Made by a program: the position numbers and the translations under genes. From Guillardia theta CCMP2712 (Eukaryota; Protista; Cryptophyta): 64,000 nucleotides of DNA. This document shows, piece by piece, positions 10,401 to 21,829 of the stretch. Position 1 is the first letter of the stretch. Every line of letters begins with the position of its first letter. Under the pieces are notes generated by a model that worked only from the letters and a program-made list of their open reading frames with translations, was not told the origin of the DNA and searched no databases. Location of the stretch: assembly GCF_000315625.1 (NCBI RefSeq), contig NW_005434627.1, positions 17,379-81,378 on the forward strand, given 5' to 3'.

Positions 10401-12904
10401 TACCATCTTGAGAACCCTGTCTACCAGTCTCGCATGTGGTGGCTGGATCTTGATCTTGTGAGATGGATCCTCCAATCCTCTCCCATCGTCCATCTTTGGA
10501 ACCCCGTCCTTGTTCTTATCCTTGTTGAGACCATCACTACCGTCGAACCCTTCGTCCTGCTTGTCCATTTCAGAGATCAAGGCTCCACTCTTTCCTGTGA
10601 TGCTCATCTTCGCAGAGCCATCAGGGAATTCTTTCTCGGTGCGAGCGAAGTTCTGGCAGCTGAGCATGAAGGAAGGAGTCATGACCTTGAGCGTCATCTC
10701 CAGCAGAGGTCTGAAACCCTCGTCAATGACGGATTGAAGGCCTGTTCGCCTCAACCAATCTAGAGCGATTACTTTGACCTCCTCGTTATTTGCAATGTGT
10801 TGGATGTGTGATACCAGCCTCTCACTGAAATGAGTCACAAGCGAGTAGAATCTCTTCAGTCCATCTTTATCGGGCTCGATCTCATTGTCACTGAGCTCCT
10901 CCACTTGCCTCTTCATCTGCGAGTTCTCCACCTTGAAATCGAGGCCTTCTGGGGCTTCACAAGCGGAGCGCCGAAGCTTCTCTCCGAATTGGCTTGACTT
11001 TGTTGGGACCAAGTTTCGAATCGTCTTCATAATGTCTTTCTCACCCAAATTTTTACCGACAAGGTCAACTTTTAGCAGGCTGACCATGAATGCCTTCACC
11101 ACGTCCTTCAAGTATTCTTTTGCGTCTGCCTTGAATTGCAATTTGAAAATCTGCTTCACAACCCGGTCCACAACTCTCCCATGAGGAGCTTGCATATTGC
11201 TTGAAGCTTGATTGCCAATCATGCTCGAAACACCATGGCTCGTCTTCTCAGCGCCAACAAGATACAGAAAAGGTTTGAATTCCTCATTTCCAACTGCAGG
11301 CAATCCTTTCTGCTTGAGCCAGGCAAGTTTTACGATGTCGAGGTTATCTTCTTGGGCCTTGGATTGAACGTAGCGTAGAAGCTTGCACAAAAACAAGAAC
11401 ACAAAGTTGAAAATAGTTTCGATGTATATCTTGCCCTGCGATGGAGATTCGGCGATTGCTAAATCTTTGAGAAGTCTTCTGCACGAGCTCAAAAGAAGAA
11501 CGACTTTCAGGTCTTCCCCATCCGATAGAATTGCATATTTTTCCGTGTCGCTTGTCTCCTTGACCTCATTCATGTCAATGTCTGACTGTGCATCGACGTC
11601 TCCATCATCCAACTCCCCTACTTCGAAGTCAGACTCCTTGTATGGCTCGGCTGCGGTTGGAACGATGCTCGGGTTTGACACTATCTTGCCTTCGGCATCA
11701 ACCTGGACAGTGCTTGAGTCGAATGGAAGCCCAAAGGTTTGAAAGAATGTAGTGAGTTCAGAAACGGCGTTTGGTCCTGAAAATGCTGGCCCAATGACTG
11801 AAATCAGGTTATCCTGCATGTTATTGATGTCCGTGATTCTATGCTTCATCAAGTTGAGGAACAAATTGTATACAATACTCTTCAAAGAGTCTGTAGCCTC
11901 GTTGGAAATTTGCGTGGTCAGAATTCTTTTCGCAGTCCTGTCGACAAGTTTCAAGTGCGCGTTTGAACGTAGTTTCCTCGGCAAAGGTGGGATGATCATT
12001 TCGGTAGAGGAGAATTTCTGAGGCACTGGACAGACTGGGTTCACAGGTATAGCAAAAGACTTGGAGGCCTCTTCGATTTCGGGGCTTGCGAGCCACACAA
12101 GTGGTTTAAAGCCCTCGTCGGAAATGTAAAGCAAGGCCTTCCCCCTGACCCATTCCAGAGACAGCACTTTGAGAGACTCATTGTTAGCGCAGCTCTGAAC
12201 ATGTCGGATGAGCCTTTCCTGGAAATGTGCAACCACTGAATAAAGTCTCTTGAGGCCATCTTTGTCTATGTCCGAAACGCCCTCGCAGAGCTCCTGCACC
12301 TGCCTCTTCATTGGCGCCAGTTCCACTCTCACTTCGATACCCTCGGGAGGTTCCCAGCCAGCCTTTCGCAATCGATCGCCGAAGTTGGTGGCCTTAGTAG
12401 GCACAAGATAGCGAATGATCTTGACGAAGTTCTTCTCAGCCAAAGACCTTCCCAGCTGCTCGTGGTGGAGGAAGGCAGCTAAGAAGGACCTTGAGAGATC
12501 TTTCAGGTGCTCCTTAGCATCGGCCTTGATCTGAAGCTTGAAGAGCTGCTTGATGATCTTGTCGAACAGTCTTGCATGCGGCTGCTGTATCTTAAGGGCC
12601 ATAGGGCTCTTCACTCCCAGCCCGATGGTTGCCGCCATGTCTAGCCCCGTTCCTTCTACCTCGTGACCAGGAGGAGGAGGAGCTGCGCTGACTGGTTGGC
12701 ATGCGAGTGAGGACACGTGGCAAGGTCACATCAGAACAGAGGAGCACCTTCCATATCCCCGAAGCCAGCATTGCTGCTCTCGTCTTGAAATGGAGCGCCA
12801 GCATCCGCAGGAGCGTTCACCACCCCTGTTAGGCAAGGAGATGAGCATCAAAGGCATTCAGGAGAATTTCGGAATATACCCATGGCTTGCGAAAAGTCCT
12901 CCAT
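7452..12904 (-). CDS. Large protein (about 1,777 aa) with seven tandem repeats of about 160 aa, each resembling a fused H2B-H2A histone-fold doublet; NLS motifs in linkers
   Basis: Exons 12904-12880 and 12825-12748 (MEDFSQAMGVVNAPADAGAP...) splice in frame to one 5.2-kb exon, 12682-7452. Repeats start at about 12581, 11960, 11186, 10439, 9674, 8966 and 8108 (PHARLVD.V.K..FKLQLKADAKE...). The CDS itself is certain; the histone-fold call comes from manual alignment. Confidence 0.85.
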
Positions 12905-15130
12905 CTTGATCGGTCGATCGCAGAGTTCCAGTCAACAGATCTCCAGATACCAGAGAATTCTAATGATTCGTGCTAGCTCGTTTGAAAACGAACAATCCGG
13001 AAGCCGAAGTCGGAATCAATGTATGGGTGTTGTTTGCCTGCAAGAGAGCAGAAGCCACTAACTACAGAAAGTGTTTCTCATCCTCCTCTCACTATCAGTG
13101 CCTGCGCCCCTTCCTCTGTCCTTCTCTCTGCCTCCTTTCGTCTACTACAATCCTCCCTCTTCCTGCATTGACGATGGGCGCTAATGAGGGATAGGAACGA
13201 GCCTCCTATCTGGCACCCACCCTCGACAAAGTACCCCATTATTGACCATCAATTGTCTGAGCAAAAGAGGGTAGTATTCAACAGTTCAAAGATCAGTACG
13301 GCAAAAAAATAATGAGTAAACTATGTTGATTTCCCGTTCATTTATACCTGACAATAACCATTATATATTTGTAAAACTAATCCCAGTACAATTTTGTAGA
13401 AACCGTCAGTAGTAAGTGAAAATTTCTATTAATTTTTGAATTTTATTAATGTTTACTAATAACAAATATCGAAAAATGATGTTTTTAGATACAAGACATC
13501 TTCTCAGATGACTTTAAAGACAGTACAAGTTTTTGGTACTGCATGGTACAATTTGACACGTCTGTTTGTACTGACTTTCATTCTAATACAAGTTGGCGTG
13601 AATCAATTGAAACAGTGCGCTTCAAATTTCATTTTGAAGCTCCATAATCCCAATAACAGATAGATAGATTGAAATGCGTAGCAAATAGGTTCGCAATCTG
13701 CTTTTTAAAATGACCCACCTCCCACATACATTACATTGGAGGGGGTGAACAACAGGAGGGAATTTGGTAGAAGGGTTTTCGAATGCTTCAGTTTGTAAAG
13801 TTGGTTCACTCTTGAAATAAATTATCTGCTCAATTTCAAATAAAATGAGAAATTCAATAAAAGTTTTGAAAATATAAAATTTCAAATACCGCCCTCGCAA
13901 ACTTGTGCCTCTATATCGAGATGGCCAAGAAAACAAAGAAGAGAGTTCATTTTGGCCTTTAGCAAATAGCACCCCCTAAAAAAAACCAAACGACAGATCT
14001 ATGGGGGAGAAGAAGAGGCGAGGAAGCAACGAGGTGCCTCATCCATCTTGGGGCCCATAGTGCTAATATTTCATAATTCTGGTATGATTAAAATTACATA
14101 GGGTTAGACCTTGGCCTCAACAGATGGGAGGTGCGGCTGGAAGAGGAGCGGAGGAGGAGAAGCGCAAAACATCCGCGACAGTACACATATTTACTCAACT
14201 AAATAAACTATTTTACCGGGCAATGTCCGGCATTTCTCCTGAGGCGGACCGGAGGACGCTGAGGCGGACCGGTTTCTTCTAGTTTCAAATCTCGTACACC
14301 CACCCACCCTTGGTTAAGCCGACTTCTCAACAAAGACCCCCGGAGAGGACTCAACTTGTGAATACTACCCCTCCATATGATATTTTTCTTTGGGAATATT
14401 AAGGGGTGATAGTGATGACTACCCCTACCATGAATCGTTGTAGTAGCCCTTTGCTGCTTACCACCCTTGCCCATCCATGCCCCAGCCGCCATGCAGCCCC
14501 TGGGCTTGAGCAGCGTTCCTACATGCCCCTTCTCATCCGTCTCCTCTTCTCTCATGACCACTTACCCTTCCATCATCTCCGCTTCCCCCTCCTTCCTGCT
14601 CCTTCTCTTGTCCTCCTTGTCCTCCTTGTCCTCCTTGTCGTTTCTTAGTGGAGTACCAGGCTGGTTCCTTTTTTTCACTCTGCGCCCTCATGGAGTTGCG
14701 ACGGGCTCGTCGCTCGCTCTAGTCTTTCATTCCATGCCGATTCATGTGCTGCTGTCCTTCAATCCCTTGAGTTTCCATTTTGTATGCGAACGTGAGAGAA
14801 TATGAATTTGACTTGCACCTTGCGAAACATCCTTTTTGAAGTGTTGAAAGAGTAACTTTTCTCTCATTCTTGTGTTGCTGAGAGTAATGGGGCATTGTCT
14901 CACTCCCTTCCTTTTCATCGCCTGATGTTGTTCTCCTCCAGGTTCAGACTGCATTCAGTTGGTTCAGACTGGTCGACTCGGCTCATGGTCCCGAGAAAGC
15001 GAAGCCTTAGCGCAACTTTGGTGACAACAACAGTCAAGTACCTGATCGCACACCACTAGCACGTGCGGAAGACTTTTCCCTCGCTACTGGCCCAAGTGTT
15101 GTGGAAGAGTAGAGGAATTGGGTGGGCTCG

Positions 15131-15904
15131 ATGGGAAAGAATACGCGAAAGACGAAGGAAGAATCGAAGAAGGCAACTGAGATCGTGCAGCAGCTGTCTG
15201 CAGTGAGCAAGACATCGAACAAGAGGAGAGCGAGGGCTGTGACGAACAAGAAGCACAAAGATGCTAGAGAGGAGGAGAAGGAGGACATGGAAGAGAAGCA
15301 GCATCTGTCACTTGCCGTCAATGATGACACGACTGCGATTTTGCCGACGTTGGTGGCCACAGAGCCGTCCCTCACGTCATCCGGTCTCTTCCAGCCCTCT
15401 GATGGAGCAGCAGACTCATCCTTCTGCACAAAGGTCGGGTGCTCTCCGAGGTGTCTGAGAGGTGTTGATGGCTTGCCAGGGGCAAGAGTGGACGCCGGAG
15501 GAGGATGAGGAGGTGATAGCGAAGTTGAGGATCATACGATCGGGAGAGTTGTCCACAAAGAACATGACGGTTCGACTGTCCTGTGTGTTTGCTCTTTGAC
15601 CTAGTCATGCAGGTAAGAGAGGCTGAGCAGATCCAAAACACCTTGCCGCATCGCACAGTGAATGCAATCAAATTCCGATGGAACGACAAGCTGAAAAAGA
15701 AATTTGTTGAATCGAACTCATCAGTTGACCTACAGGTTTGCCGTATTGACACGCCATTCTTTCCCTTAAATCTGCTGTTAATGCTCCTGATGATGTGGAT
15801 GACGTTGTTGTTCTTGTTGTTCTTGTTGTTCTTGTTCTTGTTCTTGTTCTTGTTCTTGTTGTTCGTGTTGTTGTTGTTGTTGTTTGGTTTGTTGTTGTTG
15901 TTGT

Positions 15905-15936
<32 letters not shown>

Positions 15937-16081
15937 ACAAGCAAATGACAATGGCCACGCTGCTGCTGCTATTGAGGAAGATTAGAGCGATCATGATCAT
16001 AATCTTTGTTTAATGATGATCATAGGCTTGTTTCAACGATATCTGACTGACAAAATGTTTCACCGACAGGTTTCTTTCTGA
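15131..16081 (+). CDS. Myb/SANT-domain protein (about 175 aa)
   Basis: Exons 15131-15433, 15480-15569, 15613-15735 and 16070-16081 join in frame, giving QEWTPEEDEEV...IQNTLPHRTVNAIKFRWNDKLKKK (Myb W-T-x-E-E-D and LPxRTxNAIKxRWN motifs). The start codon is uncertain. Confidence 0.75.
15803..15935 (+). repeat. Intronic microsatellite (GTT/TTCTTG/GAT)n
   Basis: Directly visible in the last intron of the Myb gene. Confidence 0.9.
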
Positions 16082-16196
16082 GGGTTCTAGATCTGTTTTA
16101 TTGTTTTTGTTTCACTGTATATCTTAATGGCTCATGTTAACCCGGTTGTATAGCGCAATAATTGAACGATTGAATCTCTTAGCAAGTCCGGGCGGG

Positions 16197-19100
16197 TCAT
16201 TCATCCGATTTGATGATCCCCTGTCGGAAGGTCCAGTTGAAGCAATCTTTCTCTACCAGCTCATTCTGCTTGATCTGCAAGATATTCCTGAAGTTCTCTT
16301 CTCCGATGACAATCTGCACAGAGTTCAGCATAGCCTTGATGCCGGGGCATCGACGAGGGATGGAGTCAAGGTGAGAACAGGAACAAGAGACTAACCCCGA
16401 GCTTGTGGAATAGTGCTGCGCGCAGTAGCTGCTGTGTGACTTGATCCTTGTCGATGTCGAGCACGTCTCTCCATACGTCTCGTTCGCCCTTGCTGGCCCC
16501 AGATCCCTTCCTCGCCTTCCAACTCTCCTTGGTCCCCTCCTCCTTTGCTCCCTCGCGCGCACCGCCTTCATGCCCCCCCTCCTTGTCCCACCTGCGCGCC
16601 TTTCGCTGCTCGGACTCGCCGGGAGAGGCTCGTTTTGACCTGCTCCTCAACGGTGCTACCTGGTCTCGAAGAATGACCCAGCTGTTGGTCGGCCCGTAGT
16701 CCTCCACCTTCACCTCGCAAGAGCTGGACCCGTGCTGGAACGAGACGACGGCTCGATCCTCTGCTATTTCCCTGAGCTGCCCCTCCTTCCACCGCTTCTC
16801 CTCTTCCACCCACACCGCCACTCGCCTTCCTGCAAGCCCCTGATCCTTCCAGTTGCTGGGAAGCTCTTCAGCTTCGCCGTCAAACACTCGGGGGTCACGC
16901 TGGTCGTGCGAGGACCGGAGTTTGAAAGAGACAGGCTGAAGAGAGTAGTGAGGGGTTCGGATGGGTGGGTTGGCGGAAAAAGGAAAAAGGGGGCGGAAGA
17001 AAATAGAAGGGGAGGTAGAAAGACAAGGATGGACTAGACTGAGAATCAAAAGAAGATCTGGCAGAAGAAGGGGGTGGGGAGAAGGGACGGAGGAAGGGAG
17101 GCAGGAGAGAAAGAGGAGGAGGGAGGAAGGGAGGGAGGAGAGAAAGAGGAGGAGGGAGGAAGGGAGTGAGGGAGGAAGGGGAGAAAGAAGAGGAGGAACG
17201 ATATCTCAGAACTCACGTTGGCTCTCCTTGAGCTTCCTTGCTGCACCTCAGCATCGTGCTTCTCCTTGAGGATCACTTCAAGACATCTGACATCCAAGAC
17301 GGTCAGAGAGGATTTCTTGCTGAGTATCCGAGGCACCTCCGGAAGTCGTTCCTATCGGAGAAAAATTTTCGCTTCTCCTTCGGAATCTGGGCAGGTTGAA
17401 ATGAGGCAGAGCATGAACGGCGATCATCCTTCCTCCTCTACCTTCCTCTGCCTCTCCCGCTCCGCCTTTTCCATCAAATCGTTCGGAACTCCAAAGAGGA
17501 CGAAAGAGTTTCTCGGATCTGTGGTGACATCTTGACGTCTGACGACGTGGGGTGGTGGACAACGCGATACCTTCATGCAAAACTGTCCATCCAAGGCGGT
17601 TGAGCACGTCTTGTTTGTAGATTTTCCATGCCTGTTGCCAATACAATCAACATGACCATCATCATGATCTCCATCTCGATCTCGATAATCTCGATCTCGA
17701 TCATCATCATGATCACTATATCATCATCACCACCACCACCACCACCACCATCATCACCATCATCATTTCCAAATCCTCCATTGCCTCCCTTTCTTACCAG
17801 GTATCGGCGACTCACAGCGGCTTCGTGGTCGACGATTCTCACTAACAGTTTTCGCAACCCTTTATCAACAGCTGCCTCGCCATCTCAAACTCTTGGCAAC
17901 TTGATCACTGCTTCACCTGAGACATTGAACATGTGGTTCAAACTCGAAGGGATCCTCTTTGGTAGCTTCCTGAACGTTTCCGAGACATCAAGGGAGCGAA
18001 GAGAGCACTCATGGGGGCCTCACACGCTGCTTTGTGACACATTGTGCATCTTAACCAGGGCCTGCACAACCTGCACAAAGGCATCAACTAGGAAGTTGCA
18101 AGTCAGACATGTCAAGTACTTGGTCGTTCTTCAGCATCGAGCTGTTGCTGAGCTGATTCTTCCTGTCCGAGGCAGCCTGACTACCTTGAGGTTGACTCGG
18201 CCGCGATGACGATGATTGACCGGCTGTGCTGTCATCACTCTTACCCCTTGCACGTCAAGAGTCAGTCTTCGCACAAACGACCGACACATTCACCTCTTCC
18301 CGCTGTTCTGCTCATTCCGGTTGCCGGCAGGCCGGTTTCGATTCACCGACCCCGGTTTCACAAACGCACTGTGTCCTTGGTTTGATTTGGCGTGTTCATC
18401 TCCGCCTGAGATACAAGGCAAAGATCAAGACATAGGACAATACAAACACACAAACACTCAACCTTCGAACATCTCTTGACAGTTGGATAGGATCTTCGCT
18501 ATCTCCAACTTCTTCTTCGACAGGTTCTTCCCGTCGTCCTTGGAAGAGCCAGCAGCACCAGCAGCAATGCACTTGGGACAGAACCAATCTCCCTCAGGCA
18601 GCTCTTTGATTTTGAGGCACCTGATGTGCCATCCCTTCCCGCAACCTGTATCCTTGCCGCCACAAAGGACAATGTCGTTGTCCTCGGAGCAGTCGAACCC
18701 CTTGCACATCTCGCACCCGATCTCATCCAAGTTTGATGACGAGCCCTCACTATCACTGGAAGGGTACTCCCCCTTGATGTCTTTCAGCGTCTCTTGGGCC
18801 GCGTCCATGTTCCGAGGGTTGATCCGCTTCGTGCGGATGAGATGGTCAAGGAAATCAATGCAGTCTTCGTTGTTGTCCATCAGTGTGTAGATGTTCGAGA
18901 AAGCTGTATACTCGTCCTCCGACACTACTGCGTTCTGGAATTTCAAACCGTCCCTGTACTGCACTGTGGCGTACTGACTGACTAGCTTCAGATGCACCGA
19001 GTTGTCCGTCGCAGTGTTTCGAATCCATCCAACCCACCAGCCCTTGAACACTCCATTCCCCCGCCATTCTCCTACCCACCAAGTGTCTTCGAGCTTCCGA

Positions 19101-19613
19101 GCCGTCTCCCTGTCCTGCGTGCGGTTGGCCAGCCTGATTTTTTCTCTTGCTAATATGCAGAGTCAGGGCCAGAATGTAAGGGGCTAACGAGGCTACAGAG
19201 ACTGAAGAGTCTGAATAGGCTAAGGAGTTTGAAGAGGAAGAGAAAGGAATGGGGTATGTGGCTGATGGAACAAAGGAAAGTGAAGGAAAGGAAAGGAGGA
19301 GGTGCTGCTTGACAAGGCGGTGATACTGGTATGGTGGTGGTGGTGGTGGAGGAGGAGGACGAGAAAAAGGAGGAGGAGGAAGAGGTTGCGGCGGCGGCGG
19401 CGGCGGCGGTGGTGGTGAAGGTGGTGGTGGTGAAATAGGACAGAGAAGATGAATAGAAGGAGAGGAGGACAGAGGAAGAGCCGGAGGAGGACACAGGAAA
19501 ATGAAATGTGGAAGTCAACCCAACTGGGTCATCGACTTACCACTGTGCGAGGTAAGTATGGCCATGAAGCCAGGGATCGAGTCCGGCCTACTCGGACGTG
19601 GTTCCGCTTCCAT
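16197..19613 (-). CDS. Multi-exon chromatin-reader-like protein with PHD finger and Tudor-like domain
   Basis: C4HC3 PHD finger CEMCKG..DIVLCGG..GCGKGWHIRCL..LPEGDWFCPKC at about 18570-18715. Tudor-like segment LAGRRVAVWVEEEKRWKEGQLREI..RAVVSF at about 16740-16835. Last exon ends ..GIIKSDE*. Exon chaining in the middle and the 5' end were not fully resolved, so this could be more than one gene. Confidence 0.65.
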
Positions 19614-20084
19614 TATTTCGTCTGCCCTGCGACGGTTTCGATTAGAGATCCTAGGGAGCAAGCCTGCATTCAAGGAGATTCCGATATAACAAACTTCCGC
19701 TGTGCTGGAGAATACTGATCGTGTGATATGAATGAATGAAGCATAGAAGCCGAGCAGCATGTGAGCATCCTTGGATTGAAACAAAGATATAGAGATAGGA
19801 AGGGATGGGATGGGATGGAGGGTTGAAGGCAGAATCCCCTGAGTTCCCTCACCTCCAACTGGAGTATCTCCTTCCTCCCTTTCTGCCTCTGTCGAGGACT
19901 CTTTCCTGCTCTGCCCCCTCCACCTCACAGAAACATTCCTTCTCTTCTCTCCCTCAATCTCCCTCAATCTCCCTCCTCCTCGCTCGCATTCTTTGTCTTC
20001 CCCCGTCACCCTCCTGCCTTCTCTCCCTACGAAGACCCCATCGTCGCAGCGTCCCATCGTCGCTCTTTATCCCTGAGGCAGGCC

Positions 20085-20520
20085 TGACTTCCCGGGCTGA
20101 TCGGATTCGTTGGCGGCACGGCGACCCTCACCCGTCACGGCCACGTGACCTGCGCCGCACTCCGGCAGTTAATAAGTCAGTGAAGCCTGGTACTCTCAGG
20201 CTCAGCGGCTGCCAGTTGTCCTCGTACGGTACGGCACGTACGTGAAAGATCGGATATGACGGCCCGCGAGTCAGTCGCCGGGCTCTTCAAGTCAGTCAGG
20301 CTCGGAGGGTCCGCCCCACTCTCCGAGGCTAACTTAATGTTTTTACTCAATTCAATTGACGGTTCAAGTAACTTGTTACAAATCAGTCACGGCGGCCTGA
20401 CTGACAAGCACCGTGACTCAAACGCGGCCCGGCCGGCCCCGCCGCCGCATGAGTCAGTGACCGTTACTCGAGTCCGGAGCCTGGAGGCCGCGGGGGCGGC
20501 CGCCGGCGGGCCGGCGTCAT
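20085..20520. repeat. GC-rich intergenic island
   Basis: Same TCAGTCAC/GGCCGG/GACTC vocabulary as the other islands; contains TTTTACTCAA. Confidence 0.6.
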
Positions 20521-21359
20521 TCCATGGTATTTTCTAATGCTCGCTTTTCATCATTTTCGAGCGGGGTACCTCAGCCTAGGCTTTTCAATTATGCCGCGCA
20601 CTGAAAATTTGTACCAGAAATTTCGGCACTGATGGTTGAAAATCTGCCGGAAGTTTGAATCGGGGACCATGTCGAGCAGTTTTAGGTTTACAAGTATTCT
20701 TGCTTCCTCCAAACAACAAGGTTTCAAACATTAAAACTATTTTTGAACTTACCGTGGCACGCTTTTACACGCCTGGGGGTGCAAGTACAACCAAATTGCC
20801 TGCCCTCCCCCTTTCCCCATTGCTGCATCCGCACCCGCCGGCGCACTGCGGCAGGCGGCGACTCTGGCAGTTTGAATCCCAGATGGCTCTCAGCCAATGG
20901 CTCTTGCATCGCACTCAAGCTCCAGGCCATCCAAGGTTGGATCATGTGTGAGCGTTTGTACTTTTTGCGACATACTGCAAGACGACGTTTCCAACAACTC
21001 GAGCTTGTTTTTCGAACGAAGCTGTAGGACTCCGGGGAATCAGCATCGCTATGGATTCCAGAGCCTAGAGAAGTTTTCGAATCCTTTTGATGCTCATTAC
21101 AAGATGGAGTATTGGTCGTTTTCTGTGGTCAAGCATCCACAACCTTCTTTCGTATGATTGAGCTTGGAGCACATCTCAGACTGTAGAGTTGTTCGTTGTC
21201 AAGATTGTTTCTTGTAACTTACTAAAGGATCTCTCTGATTAGGCAATTTAGTATTGTATTGATTAGCTTGCTATAAGACGCATATTACCTCCTCTCTGTG
21301 TCAACCAAGCACACACGCATAAGGCATGTCAGTCGTGTAGGCAACTTCATTGGATTGTC

Positions 21360-21690
21360 GGACAATCCGATGATCACAGTCAGGAGGCATCGGATCGGAT
21401 CGGACTGCCCGGCACGGTCGGCCCGGGCCCCGGGCTCTTGCCAGTCTGATTGGCCGGCCCGCCGTGGTGACTGTGCCTCAGCGGCGGACTCCGAACTCCG
21501 ACTCCTCCGTAAGCGGCTCCGGGAGGCTCTCAGTCACAGTGGGATGGCGTGACGGTGAACGGCGGCCGGGCGCCCCCGCCGGGCGCCCCGGGTCCCGGCC
21601 GCGCCCCGGGGAGCCGCTACCGGGCCGCGTGACTCTGGCTAGTACCGTAGTACTGCCGGGCCCTCCCCAGAGCAAAAAATTCGATTTCAA
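21360..21690. repeat. GC-rich intergenic island
   Basis: Same composition as the other islands; lies immediately upstream of the RWP-RK gene. Confidence 0.6.
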
Positions 21691-21829
21691 TTGAAGAGGT
21701 CGAATGAACACAGCTCTTTTCAAACTCGCTCCGACTCCTAGCGGCGGCCGCCCGAACCCCCTATTGCCCTGGCCAGTCGCCGCCAATCGCTGCTCCTAAA
21801 GCTCCTCTCCTAGTCGCACCCGCTCCTGC

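Noticed and set aside
7581-12021. Plus-strand ORFs antisense to the 1754-aa ORF
   Set aside because: Shadow ORFs produced by codon bias of the real minus-strand gene.
15372-16013. Poly-I/N/L/V ORFs
   Set aside because: Translations of the intronic trinucleotide microsatellite.
17570-17640. Ankyrin repeat (LNRLGWTVLHE)
   Set aside because: A single partial motif with no second repeat or LLxxGA continuation visible.
19400-19559. U1 snRNA gene
   Set aside because: Only the first 10 nt match; no U1 stem-loops or Sm site follow.
20897-21157. 86-aa ATG-initiated ORF
   Set aside because: No recognisable motif or splice support; could be a small gene but cannot be supported from sequence alone.
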